A DNA stretch of 64,000 bases from Mobula hypostoma (Eukaryota): contig NC_086097.1 of the NCBI RefSeq assembly GCF_963921235.1, forward strand, positions 222,830,001 to 222,894,000. The letters are read 5' to 3'. The translations under genes and the position numbers were made by a program. Shown in pieces: positions 24,560 through 36,789 of the stretch. The notes under the pieces were generated by a model that was given only the letters and a program-made list of their open reading frames with translations, ran no database searches and was not told where the DNA came from. The stretch's first letter is position 1, and each line of letters opens with the position of its first letter.

Positions 24560-25370
24560 ACCATAAGATAGGAAGAGAATTAGGCCATTTGGCCCATTGA
24601 GACTTCTCTGCCATTTCATCATGGCTGATCCATTTCCCCCTCAGCCCAGTCTTCTACCTTCTCCCCATATCCCTTTATGTCCTGACTTATCAAGAATCTA
24701 TCAACTTCTGCCTTAAATATACCCGATTACTTGGCCTCCACTGCCACCCCTGGTAACGAATTCCAGATTTGCCACTCTCTGTCTGTTCTAAATGCACATC
24801 TCTCTATTCTGAGGCTGTGTCCTCTGGTCCAAGACTTCCCCACCACAGGAAAGATGCTCTATCAAGGCCATAAGACCAAAAGATATAGGAGCAGAATTAG
24901 ACAACTTGGCCCATCGAGCCTGCTCCACCATTTTATCATGGCTGATCCACTTTTCCTCTCAGTCTCAATCTCCTGTCTTCTTCCAATACCTTGTCGACGC
25001 TGACCTATCAAGAATCTATCAACCTCTGCCTTAAATATAAATAAATACTTGGTCTCCACAGCAGCCTTCGCAATGAATTTCACAGATTCACCACTCTCTG
25101 GCTAAAGAAATTTCTCCTCATCTCCATTGTAAAAAGATGCCCCTCTCTTCTGAGGCTGTCTTCTCCAGTCAGTTTCAGTTTCCCAAGCACCTTTTTGCTA
25201 GGAATGGCAACTTCACTCGATTCTGTCCACTGACGCCCTTCAACTTCCATTGTTCTGCTAGTATCTTCCACATTGAAGACTGATGCAAAATACTTATTCA
25301 GTTCGTCTCCCATTTCCTTGTAACCATTACCACCTCTCCAGCATCATTTTCCAGCAGTCCCATATCACAG
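24560..25370 (-). mobile_element. Tandem CR1 3' fragments
   Basis: Two CR1 3' ends (24560, 24870) and ORF2 pieces ELNKYFASVF, RRNFFSQRVVNL. Confidence 0.8.
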
Positions 25371-25756
25371 GGATTTAATTGGGTAGCACTGTCTTGTTGG
25401 GCCAGAAGGGCCTGTTGCCGCACTTTATCTCTCTAAATAAAATAAAATTAAAATTAAAATTAAATAAACCTGCACACAACATTCAAAGTGCAAGCTCACC
25501 AGTGCTTGTACAGCTGTAATGTGACATGCCAGCTCTTCTACTCAGTGCCCTGACCAATGCAGTTAAGTGTGGCAAATGCCTTCTTTACCAACCCGTCTGT
25601 CTGTATCCTGACTCTCATGCAACTATGTACTTGTACCCCTAGGTCCTTCTATCTTACAACATTCTCCAAGACCCTACTGTTTAGAGTGTAAGTGCTGCCC
25701 TGCTGTAATCTCACAAAATGCAACTCTCTGTACTTGCCTGTGTTAAACCGTTTACC

Positions 25757-26545
25757 GTTCAAAGGTCCAATTTAATGTCAGAGAAATGTATACAATATAC
25801 ATCCTGAAATGCTTTTTCTTCGCGAACATCCACGAAAACAGAGAAGTGCCCCAAAGAATGAATGACAGTTAAATGTTAGAACCCCAAAGTCCCCCCACCA
25901 GTTCCCCTCCCTCCCTTGTGTAAGCAGCAGCAACAATCTCCCCCCTCCCGCCACCGGCAAAAAAAAGCATTGGCACCCGCCACCGAGCACTCAAGCACGA
26001 GCAAAGCAACAGCAAAGACACAGACTTGCAGTTACCCCAAAGACTTTCCCTTTCACCCAGTATACAACATATCACAGGTTCTCTCTCTCCCTAATAAGGG
26101 AGAAGGAGGTGTCTCCGTTTTCCCAGCTAGCAGGGAGGCATAACAAAGAACTCGCTGGTTAATGATGTTAAAAGTCCGCTTTTTTCGAGCTCTGTGCCTG
26201 AATATCTCAATGACCTTGGGTCTCCAGGTGCACAGCTATAGATGTTTTGACTCCCCCGACGACACACGGGTCTCCTGCCGTGACATTGACCCTTGATCCA
26301 CCCGTCCCAAGAGCCCCGACATCCTAGGCTTCCAAGTCCGAGCTGGACTCTTAGGCCGAGCCCTTGGTGTGCTGAACAAAGTCCAATTATGAAACCCTGA
26401 GAGCAGGTCCTATTCCCGCAAAGGATCGAAGTCAGTGTGTAACTCCAAGTCAGGATCTTCAAAAGAACCCTGAAAGGGAAAAATAAAGATGTTAAAGATG
26501 GAAATAGAGCTGCTTCAGAAGATGCAAGCAAAGGAATTGCCATTT
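25757..26545 (-). mobile_element. Non-autonomous interspersed repeat with LINE-like 3' tail, inserted in an old CR1
   Basis: 3' end tgtatacatttctctgacattaaattggacctttgaac resembles the ends at 16750-16990 and 48820-49290; CpG retained; no coding motif. Confidence 0.5.
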
Positions 26546-26612
26546 CGTGCCATCATTACTCCGCTCCACCTCCTTGAGTATGGCCCACTTTCCCAGTTGC
26601 TCTAAGTTCTTT

Positions 26613-26853
26613 GAAGCAACACACATAAAAGTTGCTGGTGAACACAGCAGGCCAGGCAGCATCTATAGGAAGCGGTACAGTCGACGTTTCAGGCCGAGAC
26701 CCTTCGTCGGGACTAGGGTCTCGGCCCAAAACGTCGACTGTACCTCTCCCTATAGATGCTGTCTGGCCTGCTGCCTGGCCTGCTGCGTTCACCAACAACT
26801 TTTATGTGTGTTGCTTGAAATTCCAGCATCTGCAGATTTCCTCATGTTTGCCA
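26613..26853. mobile_element. Fold-back Penelope mini-element (two inverted pseudo-LTR ends)
   Basis: ~100-bp arms in inverted orientation; TSD TCTAAGTTCTTT at 26601-26612 and 26854-26865; same sequence as the ends of 61923-62893. Confidence 0.88.
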
Positions 26854-27514
26854 TCTAAGTTCTTTTGTAATCTTAGAAAATCTTCACCTCACCTTTAGAA
26901 TGGAAGGCTCTGTGGGAGGGAAGGGCTAGATTGGTCAGTGTAGGTTAAAGAAGTTGCAGAATATTGTGGGCTAAGGAGCCTATACTGAGCTGTACCATTC
27001 CATGTTCTATGATGCCACCCTTAAATTTACTAACCATGTCTACAATCCCATCTGAATCATTAATATAGATGCTAAACAAAGCACTGATTCCCCTACACAC
27101 CAATGGTCATGAGTCTGCAGTACGAAAAGCAACCCTCTACTGATTGTAGCCTAATCCACTTTTTTTATCTCTAGGGGCCAATAATGACAACAAAAAAGGT
27201 GCTTCAAGAAAATCAATTTTATACAGTGACTCATAACCAACCTAATAACCGCTATATTACAGAAGTGATATTTGCCCGACGCCAGCCCCCGAGGCCTGAG
27301 TCAATGTGGATAGGGTCTTGGCCGGAATGAGCCAAGGACAGTGGAAGAAGACAAACCAAAGTTTTTGCCACATCATAAAAGGAACAGGAAGTGCCAAATG
27401 TGAGAATGTTTTTGCAGCCACCATTTTGTGAACTATTGTGAACTGGTCCTTGCTCAGAGAAAGCTTAATCAGAGCTCCTGAAAGTGGACATGATGAGTAC
27501 CTAGCCAATAATAA

Positions 27515-29540
27515 GACCATAAGATATAGGAGTAGAAGTAGTTCATTTGGCCCATCGAGTCTGCTCTGGCATTCAATCACGGGCTGATCCAATTCTTCTA
27601 GTCATCCCCACTCCCCTGCCTTCTCTCCATACCCTTTGATGCCCTGGCTAATCAAGAACCTATCTATCTCTGCTTTAAATACACCCAATGACTTGGCATC
27701 CACAGCCACACATGGCAACAATTTCCACAGAATTACCACCCTCTGACTAAAGTGATTTCTCCGCATCTCAGTTCTAAATGGATGTCCTTCAATCCTGAAG
27801 TTGTGCCCTCTTGTCCTAGAATCCCCTACCATGGGAAATAACTTTGCCATATCTAATCTGTTCAGGCCTTTTAACATTTGGAATGTTTCTGTGAGATCTC
27901 CCCTCATTCTCCTGAGCTCCAGAGAATACAGCCCAAGAGCTGCCAGATGTTCCTCATACAGTAACCCTTTCATTCCTGGAATCTCTCTTGTGAATCTTCT
28001 CTGAACCCTCTCCAATGTCAGTACATCCTTCTAAAAAATAAGGAGCCCAAAACTGCACACAATACTCCGAGTGTGGTCTCACGAGAGCCTTATAGAGCCT
28101 CAACATCACATCCCTGCTCTTACATTCTATATCTCTAGAAATGAATGCCAACATTGCATTCGCTTTCTTCACAACTGACTCAACCTAGAGGTTAACCTTT
28201 AGGGTATCGTGTACAAGGACTCCCAAGTCCCTTTGCATCTCTGCGTTTTGATTCTCTCCCCATCTAAATAATAGTCTGCCCATTTATTTCTTCCACCAAA
28301 GTGCATGACCATACACTTTCCAACATTGTATTTAATTTGCCACTTCTTTGCCCATTTCCCTAAACTATCTACATCTCTCTGCAGGCACTCCTCCACCTAT
28401 CTTTGTATCATTGGCAAATTTAGCCACAAATCCATTAATACCGTAGTCCAAATCATTGACATACATCGTAAAAAGCAGCGGTCCCAACACCGACCCCTGT
28501 GGAACTCCACTGGCAGCCAGCCAGAATAGGATCCCTTTATTCCCTCTCTCTGTTTTCTGCCGACCAGTCAATGCTCCACCCACGCTAGTAACGTCCCTGT
28601 AATTCCATGGGCTCTTATCTTGCTAAGCAGCCTCATATGTGGCATCTAGTCAAATGCCTTCTGAAAATTCAAGTATACCATGTCTACTGCATCTCCTTTG
28701 TCTACTCTGCTTGTAATTTCCTCAAAGAATTGCAGTAGGTTTGTCAGGCAGGATTTTCCTTTCAGGAAACCATGCTGGTTTTGGCCTATCTTCTTATGTG
28801 CCTCCAGGTACTCTGTAATCTCATCCCCAACAATCGATTCCAACAACTTCCCAACCACTGATGTCAGGCTAACAGGTCTATAGTTTCCTTCCTGCTGCCT
28901 CCCACCCTTCTTAAATAGTGAAGTAACATTTGTAATGGAATACAATGCCAAAATGTATTGATTCTTAAAAGATCATTGTTAATGCCTCCACAATCTCTCC
29001 AGCTACTTTCTTCAGAACCGAGGGTGCATTCCATCAGGTTCAGGAGATTTATCCACCCTCAGACCATTAAGCTTCCTGAGCACCTTCTCAGTCATAATTT
29101 TCACTGCACAAACTTCATTTCCCAGACACTCTTGAATATATGGTATACTGCAGACGTCTTCCACTGTGAAGACTGATGCAAAATACACATTCAGTTCTCC
29201 TGCCATCTCTGCATCTCTCATTACAATATCTCCAGCGTCATTTTGTATTAGTCCTAAATCTACCCTCGACTCTCTTTTACCCTTTATACTTAAAAATGCT
29301 TTTAGTATCTTCTTTGATATTAGTTGCCAGCTTCCTTTCATAATTCATCTTTTCCTTCCTAATGACCTTCTTAGTTTCCTTCTGCAAATTTTTAAAAACT
29401 TCCCAATCCTCTATCTTCCCACTAGCTCTGGCTTCCTTGTATGCCATCACTTTTGCTTTTACTTTGGCTCTGACTTCACTTGTCAGCCACGGTAGTGTCC
29501 TTCTTCCCTTTGAAAATTTCTTCTTATCTGGAAATTTCAA
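27515..29540 (-). mobile_element. CR1 ORF2 RT to 3' end
   Basis: [44 protein letters not shown] 27602-28015. Confidence 0.92.
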
Positions 29541-29785
29541 GGTCGTCTATTTTATTCCTTATTCTGCATGCATTCAAATACAACACTCTCAGTCCAGTAT
29601 TTGTTGCTTTCTGTTTTAACTGCACCACACCTCTATTGCCGTTTAACTCATGCCACTGGCTGTGATTATGTCTCATCCCCTGCCTGTTCTTTCTCTAATC
29701 TCTGTTGCACGCTACCTTTGATTTTTTTCTGTTTTCCCCTTCCTCAACCCTATCACTCCAGTTGTCAATCCCCTGCCAAATTAGT

Positions 29786-30800
29786 TTAAACCCTCCCTAA
29801 CAGCTCTATTAAATGTGCCCACGACGATATTGGATCCCTTGGGTTCAGGTGTAACCCGTCCTTTTTGTACAGGTCGTACCTCCCCCAGAAGAGGCCCCAA
29901 TGATCCAGGAATCTGAAACCCTGCCCCCTACACCAGTCTCTCAGCCACACATTAATATGCCTGATAATGCTACTCTTACACTCGCTAGCACGTGGCATAG
30001 GCAGCAATCCTGAGATTACTACCCTGGAGGTCCTGCTTTCAGCTTCCTACTTAACTTCCTGAATTCTCTCTTCAGGACCTCCTCCCTTTTTCTACCTATG
30101 TCATTGGTACCAACATGTACTAAGACTTCTGGCTGTTCACCCTCTCCCTTCAGAATACTCTGTACCCGGTCCGAGACATCCTGTACCCTGGCACCTGGGA
30201 GGCAACACACCATGCGGGTATCTCTATCAGGCTGACAGAACCTCCTGTCTGTTCCCCTCACTGTGGAATCCCCTGTGCCTACTGCATTCCTCATCTCCTT
30301 CTCTGCCTTCTGCACCACAGAACCAGGCTCAGTGCCAGAGACCCAATCGCTGTGGTCGTCCTCTGTCAAGTCATCATTTCAACCACATCCGAAACCAGAT
30401 AATGATTACTGAGGCAGGTGGCCACAGGGGTGCTCTGTACTATCTGTAGCTCTTCCCTTCGCTTCCCTGACCGTCACCCACTTTTCTAACTCCGGCAGCC
30501 TCGGGGTGACTAATTCCCTGTAACCTCTCTTCATATCCTGTTCACTCTCCCTAATGGGCTGTAGGTCATCGAGCCGCAGCTCCAGATCCCTAACACGGTC
30601 TCTCAGGAGCTGCATCTCGGTGCACCTGGCGTAGATGTAGCCATCTGGGAGACTGGAAGGTTCCCAGGATTCCCACATCCGACACCCAGAGCAAAATACT
30701 AACCCTACCGACATGCTCTCTATTCCTCAAAAAAAATGCAAAGGAAAACCAGAAACAAAGTCCAGCTAATCTGCTAAACCTGGAGATCATTTCCAAATAA
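29786..30800 (-). mobile_element. CR1 ORF1 (zinc finger, leucine zipper, SGNH esterase)
   Basis: CSGCRMWE...LLRDRVRDLELRLDDL; GDSTVRG, LPGARV, HVGTNDIG and DGLHLN esterase blocks. Confidence 0.9.
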
Positions 30801-31109
30801 CAGGCTGCTTTTTTTTGGTAAAATAAAAATGACAGGCTTTTGAAAAGAACTGCCAGTGACCTGAAGTAAACTTAGCCCAGCATTTGGCTGACCTGGTTAA
30901 ACTGGTTTGAACTGGCTTCACTTGGGGAGAACAAAGAAAGTGACATTTGGCATAATTCTGGTGGAAGAGCAATAAAGTGGGCCAGATCTAATGAGAAGCT
31001 GGACATAGGCTCTGGCCCATCTGACTAGCCTGTGAAATTGAAACACGACAGTTCTATCTGATTTTAAAAAGGATAAGAATTTCAGGTGGGGAATAGCGAA
31101 AACTCTGAA

Positions 31110-31745
31110 AATCAACCATCACGGAGGTTGTATGTGGTTTATTATTGCAATTCGAATGTGCAGGAATGTAAGAACATGCTGAGAGTGGTGGACTGTGCCC
31201 AGTGCATCATGGGTACATCCCTCTCCACTATTGGTCGTACCTACAGGAGATGTCAGCAACAAGAAGGCAACATCTATCATCAAAGATCCCCACCACCTGA
31301 GCCTTGCCATCATCTTGTAGCTACTGTCGGGCAAGAGATACAGAAGTCTGAAATCCCACACCACCAGGTTCAAGAACGGCGACTTCCCTTCAACCATTCA
31401 GTTACTGAACCAAATGGCAAAATTCTAATCACTATAGTTAGCATGACTATGACCACTTTGACTACTTTGCATTAAAGTGGACTTTTTTTTTTAGTAACGC
31501 ACACAGAATGCTGGGGGATCTGAGCAGGTCAGGCAGCATATATGGAGTGAATTGAATGGTGGATATTTCAGGCCAAGACCCTTCTAACTGTGTTTTCTTG
31601 TAAAGAAAATATAAGCTTAATTTACTTTTTTCCTGTGAATACAACTTGCATATGACGCTATGTGCCTGTGATGCTGCTGCAAGTTTTTCGTTGCAATTGT
31701 GCATGCACGAATTTGTGCATATGACTTTAAATAAACTCATCATCA
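31110..31745 (+). mobile_element. Rex1/Babar-type 3' fragment containing a PLE terminal piece (31495-31590)
   Basis: LRVVDCAQCIMGTSLSTI, IKDPHH; inserted acacagaatgctgg...ggccaagacccttc. Confidence 0.75.
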
Positions 31746-32198
31746 GAAACATGAAGATTGTGTCAGGATCAGGAGGAACTCCTGGCCAGCATAAATTCCT
31801 GTTCCTGGGCTTTACCTTTCCCATTCTTTAACTGTTCATGGAGAGTCAGAGAGATCTAGTGAATGTGTGCACAGATATTTAGTCTTGTATGAATTGAGTG
31901 CTTCTTGTTAATTTAACCAATAAAGGTATTTCTTAATTAATAAAGATTCTCTTTGCCTAAACAATTAATTATTGTGGTTGGCGGTGAATATCTGCAACAC
32001 TGGTCTAGCTTCAGTGCTGGTTTTGACGAAATTAAAAAATCGTAAGGTTTAGATTTCAATTGATAAGCAAAACAGTCTATATTCCAAATCTCCTTATGAC
32101 ACAGAAGGAGGCCTGCCTGTCAGTTGTGAGAATGTTTCCATTACCCCATTAATTCCCCAATAAAATCTACCAATATCCTTATCATCTCTGTTACTTAT

Positions 32199-32202
<4 letters not shown>

Positions 32203-32235
<33 letters not shown>
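32203..32235. repeat. (AC)n microsatellite
   Basis: Direct inspection. Confidence 0.95.
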
Positions 32236-32237
<2 letters not shown>

Positions 32238-32280
32238 TTAAAATGGACACTTCACCTACCCAGTAGTATAGTTGTGGGAA

Positions 32281-32462
32281 GCACGTGGCCAAGTGGTTAA
32301 GGCATTGGACTAGCTACCTGAAGGTCATGAGTTCGAGCCCCAGCTGAGGGAACGTGTTGTGTCCTTGAGCAAGGCACTTAATCACACATTGCGCTGCGAC
32401 GACACTGTCCTAATGAAGCATGGGCAACTGCTGGTCTTCCATACAACCTTGCCCAGGCCTGC
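32281..32462 (+). mobile_element. tRNA-derived SINE (same family as 8800-9042)
   Basis: A box TGGCCAAGTGG, B box GTTCGAGCC, body gtgtccttgagcaaggcacttaa. Confidence 0.85.
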
Positions 32463-32464
32463 AA

Positions 32465-33130
32465 GAAATGTCATCCCTAGTGTCCTCCTCAACTGCATCC
32501 ATCCCAGTTACCACAAACTGTGGTGTGGATTCTTTCATTGGAGGAACAATAGATAAGGACTTCACTGTTTTATAAACTCCAAGAGAAGTAACCCCAACAT
32601 CAACCATTGTGAATGATGTTTTAATTTTGGCTCTTGCAAAATTTTTGACTCTGTCAGTTAAGAGAGGCTGACAGTGGAAAATATTTTTCAAATTTCAAAT
32701 GTCATCTCCAGTGTCCTCCTCAACCACATCCATCTCAGTGACCGGAAAGGGTGGTGTGGTTTCTTTCATCTGGAGGTGCAATGGATAAGGACTCCACTGT
32801 TGCATAGCTCCAAGAAGAATAATTCCAGCCGTGATCATAACCACTCATCTAAGCTTGGTGCAGACTTCTATCAAGCAAGGTTATGTCAGTACCCCTATAC
32901 ATTTCTCAAGTTTTCTCAAGGTATTGTTGTATGTCACCTCCAATGAATTTCCCTCCTGCAAGGTAATGGAGATGATCTACATCACTAGTGAGAAACCATT
33001 TATCCTTCACTCTAGAAGTTGATCAGGCTACAACATGGCAAATGATGCCTGCATATGCACACTTTTGGAGGATGAACTCCAAGCCATAAATTAATCTACT
33101 GAGGCATACACTGGCATGGGATTTCTACTA
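32465..33130 (+). mobile_element. Old RTE RT fragment with ~100-bp internal duplication
   Basis: NVI.SVLLN...CGF block present twice (32468, 32698); IKQGYVSTP and ANDA (YADD-like) remnants. Confidence 0.6.
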
Positions 33131-33529
33131 GTTTGCCCCTGCTTCAGCTCATAGTCCTGAAATAAAGGAATTGTCGATATTTCAAATTAAAACCTGATTC
33201 AGGGTTTCAATCATAAATGTTGATAATTTCTTCCCCTCTTCCCGTCCACCACCATTCCCCCCACCCCCCCCAGCAGATGCTGATTGGCTTGCTGAGTTCC
33301 TTCTGCAGAATGTTTGTTGCTGACAGTGAAGCATCTTGTCAAATGGCTTTGACAATCTATTCTGGTAATAACTCTGCAGCTCTAGAAGTTTCTCAAAAGT
33401 TTTAGCTGACGTACTGAGTCTGCGAAGACTTCTAAGAAGGTAGAGGCGTTGCCATGCCTTCTTTATAATGGCACTTACGTGCTTGTCCCAGGACAGATCT
33501 GCTGAATGAAAACACCAATCAAGTTAAAG

Positions 33530-34202
33530 ATTTTGCTTCCTGAATACTTTTGGGTGTACTTTATCAATTTTTGTCTGCTGATCATGAAAATCACCGTGTA
33601 ATTTTTTAAATCACCTATATATTTATTAATTCAATTCACAATGTAAGCTGAAAAGTTCTCTATCTTGTCCAGCCCTGCCTGGCCATGCTTAGGCAGGGCG
33701 GATGCTGCATGGCAGGGCAGGTTACAGGAAAACAGGATATGGAGTCTGAAGGAGGCAGATGAAGGTGTCATGATGCCTGAGCCAGGAATGGAAAACAATG
33801 CTGACAGAGATTTTTAACCTTCTATGTCATGTGAGCCTCATCTGAGTTAAATAACCTAGTCAAAGACTTGGGTTTGTCAAAGGCAAAAAGCAAAATTACT
33901 AGGTTCAAGACTGCAAGGATGGGATCTGCTGTCAACAGGCACAAAATTTTCTGTGAAGGATTTTGATATTTGAGACAGATGTTTCCCAGAATAACTGATA
34001 CCAAGATTAAGGAAGGCATTTTTGTTGGTCCACAAGTCAAACAGGTCATCAATAACAGGCAATTTGAAGAACTTCGAGTGGGATCAGAAAAAAATTGCAT
34101 GGAAGGCATTCAAGGATATTGTTAAAAATGTCCTTTGCATCTACAGAACACCAAACTACATGCAGCTGGTTGACAACATGCTTCAAGCATACAAAATCAT
34201 GA
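33530..34202 (+). mobile_element. Chapaev3-like (CMC) DNA transposase relic
   Basis: SELNNLVKDLGLSKAK..LLGSRLQGWDLL; YLRQMFPRITDTKIKEGIFVGPQVKQVI; IAWKAFKDIVKNVL...YMQLVDNMLQAYKIM. Confidence 0.7.
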
Positions 34203-34204
34203 CC

Positions 34205-34510
34205 TTTCCCACTCACCTGCCTATTACTGGGTCCTCTCCTCTTTCCTTTTCTCCTATTGTCTACTCTCAATCTCCTATCAGATTCTTTCTCTTCTCCAGC
34301 CCTTGACCTTTCCCACAGACCTGGCTTCACCAATCACCTTCCACCTAGCCCTTTTCCCCCTCCCCACTCCCACCTTATTATTCTGGCATTTTCCGCCTTC
34401 CTTCTCAGTACCGAAGGAGGGTCTCGGTCCAAAACATCAGCTGTTTACCTTTTTCCATAGATGCTTCCTGACCTCTCGACTTCCTCCAGCGTTTTATGGG
34501 TGTTACTTTA
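34205..34510 (+). mobile_element. Penelope pseudo-LTR fragment
   Basis: Pyrimidine-rich body, then degenerate hammerhead agtaccgaaggagggtctcggtccaaaacatcagct and the terminal segment. Confidence 0.75.
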
Positions 34511-35339
34511 CTTAACATACAGTATTTCAACTCTACAGACTTAAATGCAGGGAGCCTAATGAAGATGTTTTCAGATGATACAAAAAGGTCATTTGTTTGG
34601 TGTACTGTGGGGAAAGTTTAGATTGCAGAAGGTCTGGTTAATTGAGCAAAAAGTGCAAGTGGGGTTTAATCTAGAGCAGTGTGAAGCATTTGGGGAGTTA
34701 CAAGGAAATTCAGCAGAAGTAGTTACAGATATTTCTGAGATGCTATCTTTTATTAGCCAAGGCATGGGATAGCAGAAAAGAGAAACTACCCAGAGCGCAT
34801 ACAACATTAGTTCGACCACAGCTCAACTTTTGCCCACAGTTCCAGTCATTGCATTATAGGAAATACATGATTGCGCTGGATAAAATTCAGAGGAAATTTT
34901 CAATACCTTGTCAAGACTGGAAAACTATAGTTCTGAGAAATAATTGGATAAGGTCCCATAAGCTTTTGTAAACATTTTATTGACTTGAACTTCCAGTTTT
35001 AAGGATCTCTGAATGCACATGCCAAAGTCATTTTCTTTATGCTGCTTAATATTCTGCTGTTTTGCTTTTTGTTCCCTTGTATTTTGGAACAGAGGAAGCT
35101 GAGGGCAGACTTAACTGAGGTACGTAAATTATGAGAGACCTAGATGAACAATATAAGAAGGACCTATTTCCCCCAGCAGTGGTATCAAAATCAGGGGGGC
35201 ATAGATATAAAGTAATCTGTTAACGGATCAAGAGGGGAACTCAGGCAAGTTTTTTCTTCACCATATTTGCACTCACATTGCCAATTGTACAACAAAGTGG
35301 AAGTTTCAGCTGTGTGTCAATAGGTACTGTAAATCTATA

Positions 35340-35384
35340 TTATTATTATTATTATTATTAGTAGTAGTAGTAGTAGTAGTAGCA
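35340..35384. repeat. Compound (ATT)n(AGT)n microsatellite
   Basis: Direct inspection. Confidence 0.9.
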
Positions 35385-35480
35385 GCCTTGGACTTTCTGT
35401 TTTTATTAACTTCAAGTACACCAGTAGCTTCAGTCTTGTAGACCACTTATTGACACTGAAAAACACTGTATGGGCAATTG

Positions 35481-35693
35481 TAAACACAGGAGACTCTGTA
35501 GATGCTGGAAATCTTGAGCAACACAGGCAAAATGCTGGAGGAACTCAGCAAGTCAGGCAGCATCTATGGAAGGGAATAAGCATTGGATGTTGGGGGCTTT
35601 GAAGGGTGTCATCCCTATAATGTTCTTTATACTCCTCCATGGCTGCTGTCTGACTTATTGAGTTTCTCCAGAATTGAGTGTGTGTTTCACAAA
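35481..35693. mobile_element. Older fold-back Penelope mini-element
   Basis: Inverted arms (aaaatgctggaggaactcagcaagtcaggcagc / gctgtctgacttattgagtttctccagaatt); CAATTG on both flanks. Confidence 0.7.
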
Positions 35694-35900
35694 CAATTGC
35701 ACCATCTGCAATGTCAGGTCCAAACATGATTTGGAGGAATCCGAAGCATCTAGTTTAATTAGGAGAGCTCGGTAAGTGTGACAGGAATATCTTTATTCAA
35801 ATTGCCTTAGGACTTAGACCTTAGACCTTGCCAGTATGATTTGTTTTGTGTTTTAAGTGCATATATATCATTTAGTCCACCACCATAATTTGATTTTAAG

Positions 35901-36078
35901 ATGGTCCTCAATAGTGAAAATGTGTCTACTTTGAAAAGATGCTTTGAGGATTCAGAAGTGGGTGCTTTGGAAGAAACTCAGCATGCTGGCTACTTTGATT
36001 TTAGTCCTGTACAATGAAAAGATTTTGTTTCTTTGGGGCCACTCAGCCATTTAATGGAATTTGCCAGCTGTGATTTCT
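35901..36078 (+). other. Candidate exon of the plus-strand gene (non-coding or start-codon exon)
   Basis: ttgattttaag|ATGGTC...GATTTCT|gtaagt in unique DNA; upstream donor GTAAGT at 35772; all frames contain stops; last ATG at 36054 gives MEFASCDF. Confidence 0.35.
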
Positions 36079-36561
36079 GTAAGTATGACTTCTCAGCCCT
36101 GGTGAACTGAAACATGAGAAACTCCGAACTTAATTGAAAAATAGAACTAACAACAAATAAAATCAGAGTTACCTGTCAGCTGCTCTTTCCTACAGTAATC
36201 AGTTTAATGAATTACCTCTTAACATATGCATGTATTGCTAGTTTTGTGATATTTGTTAGTTATTGTACAAGATAGAACAATAGTGTTTCCCTCGGGTAAG
36301 CAAGTATATTCTCTCCTTTTTTTATCGTTTGGTACAATAAGAATATATCTTGAAGATTCTTGGTAACCATCCAGGCACAACTTATGTGATCTTTATCTAA
36401 TTGTTTATTTTAGCATTCACACTTTGTCTGCCTGAACAGGAAATCAGATTCCCTATTGCTGGCTTTCCTGAAGCATATGAACATCTATTGATGTGGGTTT
36501 TCTTCCCCCTTTTCACACTAGGCTGCTGAGAACAAATGTAATACCATGTTAGAAATAGATA

Positions 36562-36782
36562 GACTCTGGCTGTGAGGAGTTTGTACATTCCCTCTGTGAC
36601 CGTGTGGGTTTCCTCCAGGTGCTCTGGTTTCCTCCCACAGTCCAAAGGCGTATTGTTTAGTAGGTAAATTGGTCATTGTAAATTGTCCTGTGAATAGGCT
36701 AGGGTTAAATAGATTGATTACTGGACAGTACAACTTGTTGGGCTGGAGGGGCTTGTTCTGTGCTGTATCTCCAAATAAATTA
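36562..36782 (+). mobile_element. V-SINE (HE1-like) fragment
   Basis: gtgggtttcctccaggtgctctggtttcctcccacagtccaaag V-domain and CR1-like 3' end. Confidence 0.75.
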
Positions 36783-36789
36783 TCTAGTT

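Noticed and set aside
30019..30369. Host GDSL/SGNH lipase gene
   Set aside because: It is the esterase domain of CR1 ORF1: intronless, frameshifted, next to the CR1 zinc finger, and repeated at ~49620-49990
32281..32355. tRNA gene
   Set aside because: A and B boxes run into a SINE body also present at 8800-9042; no convincing acceptor stem
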